From Octopus sinensis (lineage: Eukaryota), in contig NW_021835959.1 in assembly GCF_006345805.1 (NCBI RefSeq), forward strand, positions 1 to 64,000: 64,000 nucleotides of DNA. Reading direction: 5' to 3'. The notes under the pieces are model-generated. The model ran no database searches. It was not told the origin of the DNA and worked only from the letters and a program-made list of their open reading frames with translations. Shown here piece by piece: positions 63,246 to 64,000 of the stretch. The position numbers and the translations under genes were made by a program. Positions within the stretch are counted from its first letter, which is position 1. Every line of letters starts with the position of its first letter.

Positions 63246-64000
63246 CAACAGGAGACTGGGGACAGTACAAGGATGAAATGCAAAAATATTGCGGGTTCAA
63301 AATGGATAAAAAGGGTAAAAATCACAATAACATATATGAAAATGAAGGAAAATATTAAAGAAAAAATAATGATATTAATAACAACAGACAAAAACATGAG
63401 TGCATGGTTAAGAAATCATTTTTGAAGTCGCACAATTTCAGGTTCAATCTCACAGCATAGCAGCTAGGACTTTTACTATACGTAAATCTGATATAAATAA
63501 ATTAAGCAGAATCTACCATATGCGTATATCAATATGCTGTGCTTGAGAAGACTTGTCCAGCCTAGTGAAAGTGTAGTCGTGGCCAATGCTGGTGTCACTA
63601 AAAAGCACGCATTACTCTTGGAATGGATGGCGTTAGGAAGGGCATCCAGCTTACCAGTTTCGGTCAAACCGTCTAACCCATGCCAGCATGGAAAGCAGAC
63701 GCTAAATGATGATGATGATGATGATGTATATATTGTGTGTGCATATGTGCATGCACACGCATGTATTTATGTGTTTGCGTTAATCTCTCTTCCCAGCTTC
63801 TCTTACCGTGATATCACTTGACAACCAATGATTGATTGTGTCCTCATAATTTAACATCTTGGAAAAACAGAGAGCAACAAAATAAACACCAGACATTAAT
63901 AATAAACACTGTGTAACAAAATTGTGCTATTTTCTATTTGCTTCATCATCATCATTTAACGTCCGCTTTCCATGCTGGCATGGGTTGGACGGTTTGACTG

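Overview
AT-rich animal genomic DNA, dense in microsatellites and mobile-element debris. The SINE families look like those of coleoid cephalopods (Octopus); this is an inference from recognition, not a database result. About 90% of the window is intergenic: at least five tRNA-derived or RTE-tailed SINE families with swapped heads and tails; fragments of CR1-group, RTE, L1/Tx1, R4/Dong-like and Penelope-like (PLE) retroelements; two decayed mariner transposases, a decayed hAT transposase, several MITEs, non-autonomous Helitrons and a 5.5 x 211-bp tandem array. Almost all ORFs in the supplied track are microsatellite artefacts. The only convincing host coding sequence is a large Ser/Asp-rich exon on the minus strand (about 60.8-61.85 kb), probably a terminal exon, lying in a CpG-decayed domain that starts near 58.1 kb. 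The main hidden signal is a set of about ten minimal type-I hammerhead-ribozyme (HHR) folds with non-canonical cores. They include a compensatory G3:C8 core present twice in a near-perfect 299-bp palindrome with a target-site duplication, a U4C pair in a second palindrome, and a canonical core just downstream of a tRNA-like Pol III head at a PLE 3' end. All coordinates and alignments were read by eye.
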